Origin: Macrostomum lignano
Taxonomy: Eukaryota
Reading direction: 5' to 3'
NCBI GenBank assembly: GCA_002269645.1
Contig: NIVC01000502.1
Location: forward strand, 1 to 50,106
DNA: 50,106 nt
The notes under the pieces are model-generated. The model was not told the origin of the DNA and ran no database searches. It worked only from the letters and a program-made list of their open reading frames with translations. Of the stretch, positions 36,007 through 46,442 are shown piece by piece (the first letter of the stretch is position 1; every line of letters starts with the position of its first letter). The position numbers were made by a program, and so were the translations under genes.

Positions 36007-36151
36007 GTCATTGTCGTTGCCGGACAGTACGAGAGCGCAAGCGCCCCATTGGATAGCCGGTTTACCAATTGGAGTGTGGGCCAGCACTATGGGCAAGCCG
36101 TAGGCCGACACCACCAGGACCGAGGTGAGAAATATTGCGGTCTCCCAGGCG
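36007..36151 (-). pseudogene. LEPROT: LEPROT/Vps55 copy B, truncated exon-3 fragment
   Basis: 36017-36151 is identical to 44012-44146. 36007-36016 matches 43957-43966, implying a 45-nt in-frame deletion. The acceptor, the 5' part of the exon and the native stop are missing. Confidence 0.85.
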
Positions 36152-36169
36152 GACATAATTCTTTAACCA

Positions 36170-36290
36170 GCTGCCGACTGCAAATGTCCGGCTGGCAAAC
36201 GTCGGCTGGCAAACGTGGCTTGCAAATGTCCGCTGGCAAATGTCCGGCTGGCAAACGTCGGCTGGCAAACGTCCAGCAGGCAAACGTCGT
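36170..36290 (+). repeat. Short degenerate tandem repeat (GGCTGGCAAACGTC / GGCTGGCAAATGTCC)
   Basis: About 8 units abutting the LEPROT-B fragment. Confidence 0.8.
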
Positions 36291-36764
36291 AGACCCAGAT
36301 TAAAAGCCCCTGCACGATGTATTTATTAGAACAAGTTAGGGGCATTTAAGATAACAGAGGGTCGCGGAGTCACAGTAGAGAGAAACGGTGGTTAGAGAAG
36401 GCGATCGATAATTTTATTTCACGCGTACAGCACCAGTAACTCTTAATACGTAGAATACGTAGAATATACTAATAAAATACGGTTGTTACGTAGAAAGAGG
36501 GGAGGGCCCAGCGAAAAAGAATGCGAGCGTAGCAAAAACGGACGAAATCCGGGAGCTGCAGAGCAAGACCAATTTCACAATAGTGAAAAAAGCAGAGTAA
36601 CAGCTTTTTTATTTTTCTTCCAGTAGTTGTTTGCGCAGTGCCCCTCATAAATTTAATGTGGCAGCTAAAATTTACTTTCCTCAATAGGGGGTTTGTGGCC
36701 ACAGGGGTTTTGAAATGCAATGAACGGCCAGCATTTAACTCGATAGACAAATGAACGCAAGAGG

Positions 36765-37236
36765 GACGAAACTCAGCCATCTAGCTCAGCCAATGAGAAA
36801 GCAGTAGGGAGAGAAGTCAAAGTCAAACTGACGAAACTCGCCCTAGGGGGGCAGGCCTAAATCTAGCTCAGCCAATGAGAGGGCAGTAAGGAGAGAGGTC
36901 AAAGTCAAACTGACGAAACTCGCCCTAGGGGGGCAGGCCTAAATCTAGCTCAGCCAATGAGAGGGCAGTAAGGAGAGAGGTCAAAGTCAGACTGACGAAA
37001 CTCGCCCTAGGGGGGCAGGCCAAAATCTAGCTCAGCCAATGAGAGGGCAGTAAGGAGAGAGGTCAAAGTCAGACTGACGAAACTCGCCCTAGGGGGGCAG
37101 GCCAAAATCTAGCTCAGCCAATGAGAGGGCAGTAAGGAGAGAGGTCAAAGTCAGACTGACGAAACTCGCCCTAGGGGGGCAGGCCAAAATCTAGCTCAGC
37201 CAATGAGAGGGCAGTAAGGAGAGAGGTCAAAGTCAG
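36765..37236 (+). repeat. 82-bp tandem repeat, ~5.7 copies, each with AGCCAATGA and TGACG motifs
   Basis: CTAGCTCAGCCAATG recurs at 36781, 36863, 36945, 37027, 37109 and 37191. Confidence 0.95.
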
Positions 37237-37686
37237 AAACAAGTAGGCAAAAGGAAAACCTAACTGTTTATCGGCCTTGCTGGGGGCTGAGACGCCACCC
37301 CTTTACTCACTTGCTCGCTATGCACACGCAATGAATTCGATTTTGGCGGTGCTCTCCTTAGCCTTCCTTTCAACCTCCATATCGTCTAGGACACTACGGA
37401 TATATATATATCCAGGTTTTACTCCGATAACCCGATAACCCTGGTTTGGTTCTGTCTGGCACATTTTAGCCATAGACTATGAAATGGACAGTTTGACAAA
37501 CAGACAGAAATCCTAGCAGTAAATTTTGGTTTGCGTAATCTCGAGTGCTTTTTTTGAATAAAATAAACGCATTTTCTCAGTCTGACTGTCTATCTCACAC
37601 TCAATGGATACGCATAAAATCGTAAGCAGGTCCAATGAAGATTGGCAGTAAAAGTACAATCAATTAGTTAAACAAACGAATCTCAC

Positions 37687-37762
37687 CCATACTGAGGCAG
37701 TGCGCAAGCCAACAATAGAAAGGTAAGACCGACCGAGGCGGAAAATGACAGTAGAATGATAC
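37687..37762 (-). CDS. LEPROT: LEPROT/Vps55 copy B exon 2 (intact)
   Basis: TTTTACAG|(G)IILLSFSASVGLTFLLLACALPQYG|GTGAGA, 76 nt. Differs from copy A by two synonymous changes. Confidence 0.8.
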
Positions 37763-37827
37763 CTGTAAAATCGAATGAAAAGTAGATTATTTACTAATCA
37801 AGTTTCAAAGTCAAATTCAAGACTTAC

Positions 37828-37846
37828 CTTTGACTCCGGCACCCAT
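37828..37846 (-). CDS. LEPROT: LEPROT/Vps55 copy B exon 1 (MGAGVK-G)
   Basis: ATGGGTGCCGGAGTCAAAG|GTAAGT, identical to copy A exon 1. Confidence 0.8.
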
Positions 37847-38924
37847 TTTGAATAAAGTGTTTTGAAGTTTAATCGAATTGGCTGAAACGAAAATGCATCA
37901 GATTATGAGGATACGCAAAGTGTAGGAGTCTAGAGCACTATAGTCTCTTTAAAATAGTTATCCTCTAATATATTTGAGAATCATAATTTTATATTTAGAC
38001 CTAAGGGATATGTTCCTTTCGTGTCAGATTCGTGTCAGAATGATAAGATATTTGAAGACGGTGAAGTTAGGATAGGCTATAACTAATGTTACTGTAGTTA
38101 AATTAGCAGAAAAGTTCCTATATTGATAGTTTTACTCACAAAACGAGGGCTTTAAAAACAGTACTTTAACGTGATCTAAAGAAATGGATACGACCGTCTT
38201 TTTTAAATTGATGAAGAAGGCCCACATGGCAATAGATACCCGTAGATCAATGGAACAGGGTCACCGGTCACCGTGAAAACAAGACGGATTGTGTTGAAAA
38301 TTCGAAAATTCCAATTATCGAATTCATTTAAATTGTGATGTGACCAAGAGGAATAAAAGACTTTATGATATGAAATTTAAAGCTTCTGAAACGCAATGAG
38401 TATAAGTACCTACAAAACAGATAGAAGCAAAAGAATATAAAAAAAGAATAAACAAAAAACACCAAAATATTTTCTTCTCTCAAATTAAAATAGTTCTCAT
38501 TTTACCGTTTGTACTTTTTTTCGTCCAAACGCAATAAAAACAAAAATGTAAATAAAATTTTAGTGAAAATAAAACGAAAGCCATATCGTGTTCATTAAAA
38601 GTAAAACAAAATGCAAAACTTCAATATGCATGTGACATGCATACGATAGATAAGCTGACCAGCTGATCAAACTTATCAGAATAATTAATTTAACTCAAAT
38701 CGAGACGAAAAAAAATCCTATTTGATAAAGAAAATGCAACCTAGAACAGAATTTATCAAGCATACCAAGCATGATAAAAACTTAAAATAGCTTTTTTCAA
38801 ATCAGACCAACGAGACGGCCTCAAAAGTAAAGACTCGTTGCAGAATAGCTGACATGGCATTTCATTCACGATTTTCCCTCGTAGCAGTCAGCCAATTGTT
38901 GTTAGCACAAGTAGGTCGGAATGA

Positions 38925-41018
38925 TTAGTCTTCCCATTCGCTTTCGTCCTCATCATCATCATCAGACTCTGTACCGTCCTTCTCCCCCAAGTCAATTTTA
39001 TTCACAGCAGATTTCAAGTTACTCAACAGCTCGGCTCGCTGATTGTCAGTGGCAATTTTTGTACCGGGCGCAGGCGTCTTATCCGTCTTCTTGAACTTAT
39101 TTAAGATGTCCTTAAAATTTGTGGGAGCTTCTTCTTCTTCTTCTTCTTTTGATGTGTCTTTATCCTTGTCGAATTTGTCCACAACCGGACTGGAACTGCC
39201 CTTCCGATTGGCTAGCTTCCTTTTCATTTCATTCACAACGCAGTCTTGATTAGTAACAGGGTTCTTTTCTACCTTCCGTTCAGGAAGATTGCGATTGCCA
39301 ACCGGATTCAATTTCGCTCTGCCAAGCTGCATCGTCTCAGCAGTCAAGCCGCCGCCACCAATGCCTGGCATGGCCACTGCGCCGGGAGGAAGATTAGGTC
39401 CAGGCGGTGCCGGTGGAGCAGGTGGGATGGGCCCGCCACCTTTCTTGATGACGATGGGCGGAGGCGGTGGTGGAGGGGGTGGAGGAGGCGGCGGAGCAGG
39501 TGGGATGTTACCACCAGATGTCTTGGCGCCGAAGGGCGGAGGCGGTGGAGGAGGCGGAGGAGGCGGCGGCGGAGCGGGAGGTATCTCTCCTGTCGGAGTA
39601 GCGTTCGTCTTTTTGACATTCTTCAACTTGTCATGCTTGAAGGCCCGCAAGGCCGCATTCAATGGATCATTGGATTGGCCAAACGGACTGCTTTCACTGT
39701 TGTCAGGACTGCCAGGTGATGCCATTGTGTCATTCCCTCGACTCAGAAAGCTTTTACTTGGACTTTCGGGTGTCTGTGCGTGAACGCTCGGAACAGCAGG
39801 TGTACTCAAACAGTAGCTATCGGACCCTGGAGAACGGGCGCTCATCTTCAGTTTTTCACTGCTTTCAGGACTGCCAGGTGCAGAAGCCGTTGTGTCATTC
39901 CCTCGACTCGGAGTGCTGTGAATTGGACTTTCTTGTCTGTCTGTGTGCACGCGTAGAACAGGTGGTGTAGCCTCATATAAGCTCTCGGACGCTGGAGAAC
40001 GGGCGCTCATCTGGGACACAGGTGTCATCGGAGAATCAAAGCCTTCAGCAGCGGCAACCGCGTGTACCTGTTCCATACCGCCTATGCTGTTCACAATTTC
40101 TGAAATTTGCTCCCTGCCATGACTTGACTGCACAGTCTTATCCAAATCATGGCCAAGTTTTCCAAGCAGGAACTTCAATGCCGGATCCTTAGCGATGTCC
40201 ATCTGGTACTGGGCGCCTGTCTTTTGAGTATCGTTGTACCCAACGTGCAACACGTGGCGCACGTTAGTCGGACCGCTAATATCCTCGGGGCGGATTTTCT
40301 TGCTTTTGCCGGCGCCATCTGCGGTCTTATCCCGGTCCTTGCTCCTGCCTGGCTTGTGCCGCTTGAAGAATGCCTTCAGTCGGGCGCCCGTCTTCATTTT
40401 CGGAGAATTATCTGTGCTTTCCTTGTCTTTTCCCTTTTTCTTCTTGCTGCTTTTAACGTTGGGACTTTTGCCAACTCCAGGCGTACCTGAACTGCTGGGC
40501 CCTGAAGAGGGGCTTGACAGAGGCTCCGGAGTTGCCTCTCGAAGGCCCATCCGCTCAACTTGTTGATTGAGCTGATTGGCGATCTCAGCAGCTTCAGCGC
40601 GTACGATTTCCGTATTTTCAAAGTTGAACCCCACAACTTGATCGTCTGCTTCAAACTGGTGAAATGTGTCGTCTTGGCTTTCGTATTCCATGCCCTGATA
40701 GATCTCTTGCTCAAATTTCAATTGGCGTCTGATTATATCGTAGAAGCGTAGGAAAAACGAGCGACGATTAGCGTCGCGAACGAAGCAGAGAACGCCAGTC
40801 TCCTTCGGCACCCAGCGGCCCTGTTGAGCGTAAAATATTTGAGACACGGTGGCTGCTAGGGCGGTGCAGCGATCGCCCAGCAAGTTGAACAGTATGCCGG
40901 TCTCAATGGGACTTAACAGTCGGCTCCGATAGTTCTGAAAGCGAGGTGACTCAGGCGACTGAGGCGACTGCAGTGGCGACTGGGGGCTGGCTGGAGAGCC
41001 AGAATTCGCACCCCTCAT
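38925..41018 (-). CDS. WASp: WASP family protein (copy 3), no intron in CDS, ~697 aa
   Basis: Near-identical to copy 2 but three 26-aa proline repeats shorter; acceptor TTCAG| at 41052/41051 lies upstream of ATG 41018. Confidence 0.92.
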   Translation of the reverse strand: MRGANSGSPASPQSPLQSPQSPESPRFQNYRSRLLSPIETGILFNLLGDRCTALAATVSQIFYAQQGRWVPKETGVLCFVRDANRRSFFLRFYDIIRRQLKFEQEIYQGMEYESQDDTFHQFEADDQVVGFNFENTEIVRAEAAEIANQLNQQVERMGLREATPEPLSSPSSGPSSSGTPGVGKSPNVKSSKKKKGKDKESTDNSPKMKTGARLKAFFKRHKPGRSKDRDKTADGAGKSKKIRPEDISGPTNVRHVLHVGYNDTQKTGAQYQMDIAKDPALKFLLGKLGHDLDKTVQSSHGREQISEIVNSIGGMEQVHAVAAAEGFDSPMTPVSQMSARSPASESLYEATPPVLRVHTDRQESPIHSTPSRGNDTTASAPGSPESSEKLKMSARSPGSDSYCLSTPAVPSVHAQTPESPSKSFLSRGNDTMASPGSPDNSESSPFGQSNDPLNAALRAFKHDKLKNVKKTNATPTGEIPPAPPPPPPPPPPPPPFGAKTSGGNIPPAPPPPPPPPPPPPPIVIKKGGGPIPPAPPAPPGPNLPPGAVAMPGIGGGGLTAETMQLGRAKLNPVGNRNLPERKVEKNPVTNQDCVVNEMKRKLANRKGSSSPVVDKFDKDKDTSKEEEEEEAPTNFKDILNKFKKTDKTPAPGTKIATDNQRAELLSNLKSAVNKIDLGEKDGTESDDDDEDESEWED

Positions 41019-42268
41019 GTTCGAAGAGGACACGAGCTGCGAATTGGGCGCCTGAAGTGAAAAGCGAAACAGTATGTAATCTATAAACAATACGGGATAA
41101 AAATGTCAGGTAAAATATCGTTTGGACCCTATAATTATTAAAGGTAACAGCGAGTAAAAAATAAGCGACTGTGACTGTACGATCCAGACAAGTAGACTAA
41201 TTACTAATTTCATATGCGAAAGCAATGCTAGTAATTAATCATATTCAATCAAAAGATAAAACACCGTGACAATATTGTCGTCAACAAGAAAATCACTTTT
41301 TTTGCAGTGTATTTTTAACGATCCCAATTTAAACACTGTACAGTTGTGCAAGAGCCTAGGACAACATTTTGTATACGATTGATTTAAATACGTAGGCTTG
41401 AAACGGTAAAGGATTGGTACTAGTGCAATAAATTTATTCAGATTTAAACAGACAGCGTGCAATAGGGCGGGCTGAGGTGCGAAGTTGTTCGACCGGGTGA
41501 CTGGACTTGAAGCTGGTGAGGGGTTAGGCTAGGAAAACAGAAGCAGATCCAAATTGCCGTAGAAGGCTTCAGTGTCGATGAGACGCGCTTTGGTCATTAG
41601 ACTGCCAGTGTAGGTAAATGCAACACTATCCATTGGCATGCCTGTAAGGGGAAATCTAGTGTGCAATGTTGGTTACACTGTAAAGGCATACAAAAAGGCA
41701 GGCTGGCAGTCAAATATCGTGGAATTTTATAGTTGTAAACAAAGTTAGCCTTCACGGAGCTATAAAACTATGAGCTGGAAAATTGGGAAATTCCTACATG
41801 TAAAATGCACTAATTGAAAACAGTAATATAAGAAAAAGAACAAGTCGTCAGACATTGATAAATGTAAATATAGTCACTGGATGAACCATATACATGTAGT
41901 GTGCCAGGCCATCTCGTAGCTGCTTCTGTCACTGTGTTAACGACGCACGACTGAAATGGCCAATTGTTGAAATGTTTTCTACTTTTAATTTATGTAAAAT
42001 TTGCTGGTAAAAAATCCGAAATATTTTTATAAAAACTCGCATAAAACGTATAGCGAATAAACGTAGGACGCCTGTTCATAGTGGAATATAGCCGTGATTT
42101 TTACTCGTAACCTCTGCAGGTTTGGCGAGCCAATGTGTTCAGCTGCAGTGTTGGACACGTTTCCGTTAATAAGAGTTGATGCTTTTTTTAGAATAATCAA
42201 CGGACCATCGTTAATTTTTTAGGTAAGGGAATAGCAATTTTGCGAAACTCTTTGTCGCCTTCCATTAC

Positions 42269-43009
42269 CTTGTTACTTCTTTTTCTAGATTTCCTACAAG
42301 ATTTTTCACACTTTGTCGTCCCACTGACGACAGTTATTTTAGACATAATCGGCTTAGCTTTCTTAGAAAGCTGTTATTTTAAATTTCAGATCAATTGCGT
42401 AATCACAATATACTTAAAAAAGTATATACTACTAGCAGTAATGCTACTGGCACACTTGGTAGATGTACCTTGGTGCGCACTGCATGGGTGGCTGGCGCGG
42501 GCGATTGTTGGCTGCAACAGGGGAGGGAGAGCTCTAGTTTTTCCATTTTTAACGTAGTGTGCTGTTAGAAAGTTACTTATTTTTTATTTCAACACTATAA
42601 CGTTTTTGCCCCACTATAGTGAAATTTACTGTTTTTAACAACGCTGTGCAACACTGCTCAGATGATTATGACTAAATTCCTGACAAAGAGCATTCCAATT
42701 CCATTTTGTGCTTTGAACATGGCACAAATTTAACTGGGAAACTTAAAACTTCATTAACATGGTTCATCTCAAGCTCAAGTTCTCAAGCAAGCTTGATTTT
42801 TTTAAACTTTAACACGTGTACAGCTTTAAAGTTATCAACATTTAATGTGGCATCCGAGTTTGAAAAGGTTAAGCTTAGAGCCTAAAAATCGAAAAGCAGG
42901 CCATTTGATTAATGATTGGAAATAAAGCAAAAATTAACTAAAACGAAACACAAACTTAAACAATTATAATTCGAACGGATAAACAAACAACTTACGTCAA
43001 TGCATCCAT
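42269..43009 (-). other. Candidate unannotated spliced gene (exons 43009-42996, 42511-42469, 42370-42269)
   Basis: Three segments with GT/AG boundaries and mutually consistent phases read MDALTQQSPAPATHAVRTKLSKKAKPIMSKITVVSGTTKCEKSCRKSRKRSNK; no recognisable homology. Confidence 0.3.
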
Positions 43010-43374
43010 TCCTATATGCTTGAAGCGGCGAATTTGAACGCGTGGTTTTTTCATAATTTTTATTTTGTGAATAGTATACAATCTTTTTGGTACAATGAAA
43101 TTTTACAGCACTGAATAATCGCTATTACACAGCGCAAATCTAACAGCTAATACATGTGAAGCCATATAAAAAACAATGTACAAAAATAGAAATAACTGTA
43201 ACAGATGAGAATTTTTAAAGCGCGATTCTCGTACCATCTGTCAGAGAAGCAGTGTTGAAACTGAAGTTGAAATAAAAAAACAGCATAATCAAAAACTTGA
43301 AGCGAGCCTAGAATTCCCACGATAGGTTCAAGTCCTTAAGGTGGCTTCAATGATGCTTATGATGGACTAAGAAT

Positions 43375-43752
43375 GCCTATGGTAGGTTCAGGACTTCAGG
43401 TTGTCCATGGTGGGTTCAGGATGTCCATGTTGGGTTCAGAATGTCCATGGTGGGTTCAGGATGTCCATGTTCGATTCAGAATGTCCATGATGGGTTCAGG
43501 ATGTCTATGATATGTTTCGGATGTCCATAGTGGGTTCAGGATGTCCATGGGGTGCTTAGGATGTCCATAATGGGCTCAGGATGTCTATAGTGGGTTCAGG
43601 ATGTCTACGGTTGGTTCGGGATGTACATGGTTGGTTCACAATGTCCATGGTGGGTTCAGGATGTTTTTGGTGGGTTTAGGATGTCCATGTTGTGTTCAGG
43701 ATGTCCATGGTGGGTTCAGGATGTCCATGATGTGTTCAGGATGTCCATGGTG
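43375..43752 (+). repeat. 20-bp degenerate minisatellite (GGTGGGTTCAGGATGTCCAT)n
   Basis: About 18 units downstream of the LEPROT-A stop. Confidence 0.93.
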
Positions 43753-43932
43753 GTATAGACCAATCCTGTGAACTCAGAATGAGTTTTAGTGAGCTCAGAA
43801 AGTATTTGGCTCCAAGAATTTCAGGAAGATATACGTTTTAGTGCAAGAGAAAAACCGGTTGCACAACATAGAAGAGAATAGATATGAGGCAAAAAGTACA
43901 AAATCTTAGGTATTAGTATCAGTTACAGCCAA

Positions 43933-44245
43933 TCACCAAGCCGAATAAGAGAATCCGTCATTGTCGCGGAATACTAGAAAGAATCCCAGAATAGTGAGAA
44001 ACATGACGGTATTGCCGGACAGTACGAGAGCGCAAGCGCCCCATTGGATAGCCGGTTTACCAATTGGAGTGTGGGCCAGCACTATGGGCAAGCCGTAGGC
44101 CGACACCACCAGGACCGAGGTGAGAAATATTGCGGTCTCCCAGGCGACGCCAGACGTTGATATCGAGTCCGAAATGCGCTTGGCTAACAGGTAGGGCACC
44201 GGAGCCAACAGGTAGAAAATTAGCACAAACATTGGCCACCACATT
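43933..44245 (-). CDS. LEPROT: Vps55/leptin receptor gene-related protein (LEPROT/endospanin), copy A exon 3
   Basis: CCGTTAG|A ATG TGG TGG: (G)MWWPMFVLIFYLLAPVPYLLAKR...[23 protein letters not shown]...[27 protein letters not shown]...FSYSAW* matches the Vps55-family pattern (WPLFVL.F...P.P..IAKR...VSAFG.P..L...I.WGA..LVL.GN). Confidence 0.92.
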
Positions 44246-44605
44246 CTAACGGATTGGAGGGTTGCGTGGGCGATGTGTAAGACGGCGCAATCAAAGTCCA
44301 GAGCAAACATTGTTTTTCACAGTGTATGCGGCCATTTTTTTCTATTTCCTGCTTTCTACATTATACTCCTGAGCTTTAAACCTTATTTCATAAATATTCT
44401 CGTTGCTTTAGACCAGAAGGAAAGCATAAATGCATATAACACTGCAATTAAAATAATTTATTGATGGGCTCCTTATCGAAAGTACAAATCGCTGCTTGAA
44501 ACTCTGCTTAGCCATCTTTTCAATCTCCCTATCGTCCAGTTTAGGACATTACGGATATTTATAACCAGGTTTTACATGTCGCAGACGCCCTGGTTTCGTT
44601 CTGTC

Positions 44606-45054
44606 CACAGATACTAGAATAACTAGTTGGGCCACTCAGCACATTTGCGTGTAAGCTATTTTCAGTTCAGTAGCAATTTAAACGGAAGCATTTTAATATA
44701 TTTTAAAGATAAGGTTCATTTATTGCTTAACCCCCGTCCAATTAAACCTCCAACCGCGCTTTTCTTTCCAATCTACCCCCCCCGCCCGCCCAATTTTAAC
44801 TGCCTTTCTCGGAAATTCCAGCCTAAAGCGGCCATGTACATTTCAGTGGACTGGCTAATGTACATCACTGCCGAACCAATTAGCAAGCTGTTTACGCCTG
44901 CAAGCTTGGGCTTATAAACTTATCAAAGTGATTTCAGCTGCCTTTGTTTATAAAATAGCTTATGCATTCTTCTTTGCTACTGAACTGAAAGTAGAAAGCT
45001 GTTTTACTAAGTATATATGCCTGAGTGGCCTATCTAGTTACTTTAGTATCTGTG
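44606..45054. mobile_element. P-element-like (or hAT) MITE, 449 bp, in LEPROT-A intron 2
   Basis: ~34-bp imperfect TIR CACAGATACTA.A.TAACTAG.T.GGCCACTCAG; 8-bp TSD GTTCTGTC (44598-44605; 45055-45062); a single GTTCTGTC (empty site) at the paralogous position 37449-37456. Confidence 0.85.
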
Positions 45055-45308
45055 GTTCTGTCTGACACATTTTAGCCATAGGCTATAAAATGGACATTGG
45101 ACTGTCAGAAAAACAGTCAGAAATCCGAGCAGATAAATTTTGCTTTGCGTAATCTCGAGTGCTTTTTGAATAAAATGAACGCATTTTCTCGAGTCCGAAT
45201 GAGTCCACCTCACACTACTCAATGGATATAAATCATATAGTAAACAGGTCCAATGCAGTAAAACGAGCAGTAAAAGTACAATCAATTAGTTAAACAAACA
45301 AATCTCAC

Positions 45309-45384
45309 CCATACTGAGGCAGTGCGCAAGCCAACAATAAAAAGGTAAGACCGACTGAGGCGGAAAATGACAGTAGAATGATAC
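45309..45384 (-). CDS. LEPROT: LEPROT/Vps55 copy A exon 2
   Basis: TTTTACAG|GT ATC ATT CTA...CAG TAT GG|GTGAGA: (G)IILLSFSASVGLTFLLLACALPQY(G), matching the first TM segment of LEPROT; not in the ORF track. Confidence 0.88.
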
Positions 45385-45450
45385 CTGTAAAATCGAATGA
45401 AAAGTACATTATTTACTAATCAATGTTTCAAAGTCAAATTCAAGACTTAC

Positions 45451-45469
45451 CTTTGACTCCGGCACCCAT
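45451..45469 (-). CDS. LEPROT: LEPROT/Vps55 copy A exon 1 (MGAGVK-G)
   Basis: ATGGGTGCCGGAGTCAAAG|GTAAGT, compare MAGVKA in vertebrate LEPROT. The joined CDS (19+76+313 nt) gives a complete 135-aa protein. Confidence 0.88.
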
Positions 45470-46442
45470 TTTGAATAAAGTGGTTTGAAGTTTAATCGAA
45501 TTAGCAGCAACGAAAACGCATCAGATTATTGAAACATGCGAAGTGTAGAAGTCTAGAGTACCAGTCTCTTTAATATAGTTAGCGTCTAACATCATTTAGA
45601 CTTAACAGTGACACTGACCCATTCTTTGTGTCTGATACGTGTCAGAATGACAAAAAGTGAAAACGGTTGAAGTGAGGTGATAAATGATGTTATGTTAGGC
45701 AAACTAACTTGAAAGGTTTTTTAAATTGATGAAGAATGCAAAGAGCAGGCGCTCAGCGAAACAGGGCAGAGATAAGAACAGATGGATAACTTTCAGAAGC
45801 TTGATAATTGCCACAGTCGAATTCATTTAAATTCTGAGCAAGCGGAATTGACTATTTTAAGCTTCTGGAACGTCATAAACATAAGTAGCGACACTAGAGA
45901 AAAACGAAAAATAAAATAAAATAAATAAAACCAAAGACAATGATATTGTATAAACTAAAATCAAAATAGCTCTATTTGTGTTTTTTATCAAATACTCGTA
46001 GTAGTAAACACAAAAACTTGCCCCCAAAGAGCAAAGCCCCGAGCAAAATCGGGTAAAATGAAAGCCATATCGAGTTCATTGAAAGAAAAACAAAATGCGA
46101 TATGCATGCAGCATGCATCAGACAAATAAGTTTACCAGCTGATCAAACTTATCGGAATGAATCAACTTAACTAAATAGACGGCAAAAACAAATAAAGTTT
46201 TTGATAACGAAAATGCAGGTGGGAAAATTTTTATTTAACAGAAGTTATTCGCGCGGCGTGTTTCAAACATAACAGAAACTTGTTTTTTTTCAAATTAGAC
46301 CAACAAGACGGCATCAAAAGTCAAGACTCGTCGCAGAATAGCTGGCATTGCATTTACGATTTGTGTCACAGAACTTGCTTAAAGTGCGTGTTTCTGTCTG
46401 CCAATTGACGGTTAATTTTAAATACGGAAAGGAAAGTCGGAA

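Noticed and set aside
41533-41641. FTYTGS peptide resembling the FTYLGS motif of LINE reverse transcriptases
   Set aside because: A single short motif with no other RT motifs nearby.
43933-44310. ORF-track start (MFALDFDCAVLH...) as the true LEPROT N-terminus
   Set aside because: Codons upstream of 44245 are intronic. Two small upstream exons (45469-45451, 45384-45309) give the family-typical N-terminus in frame.
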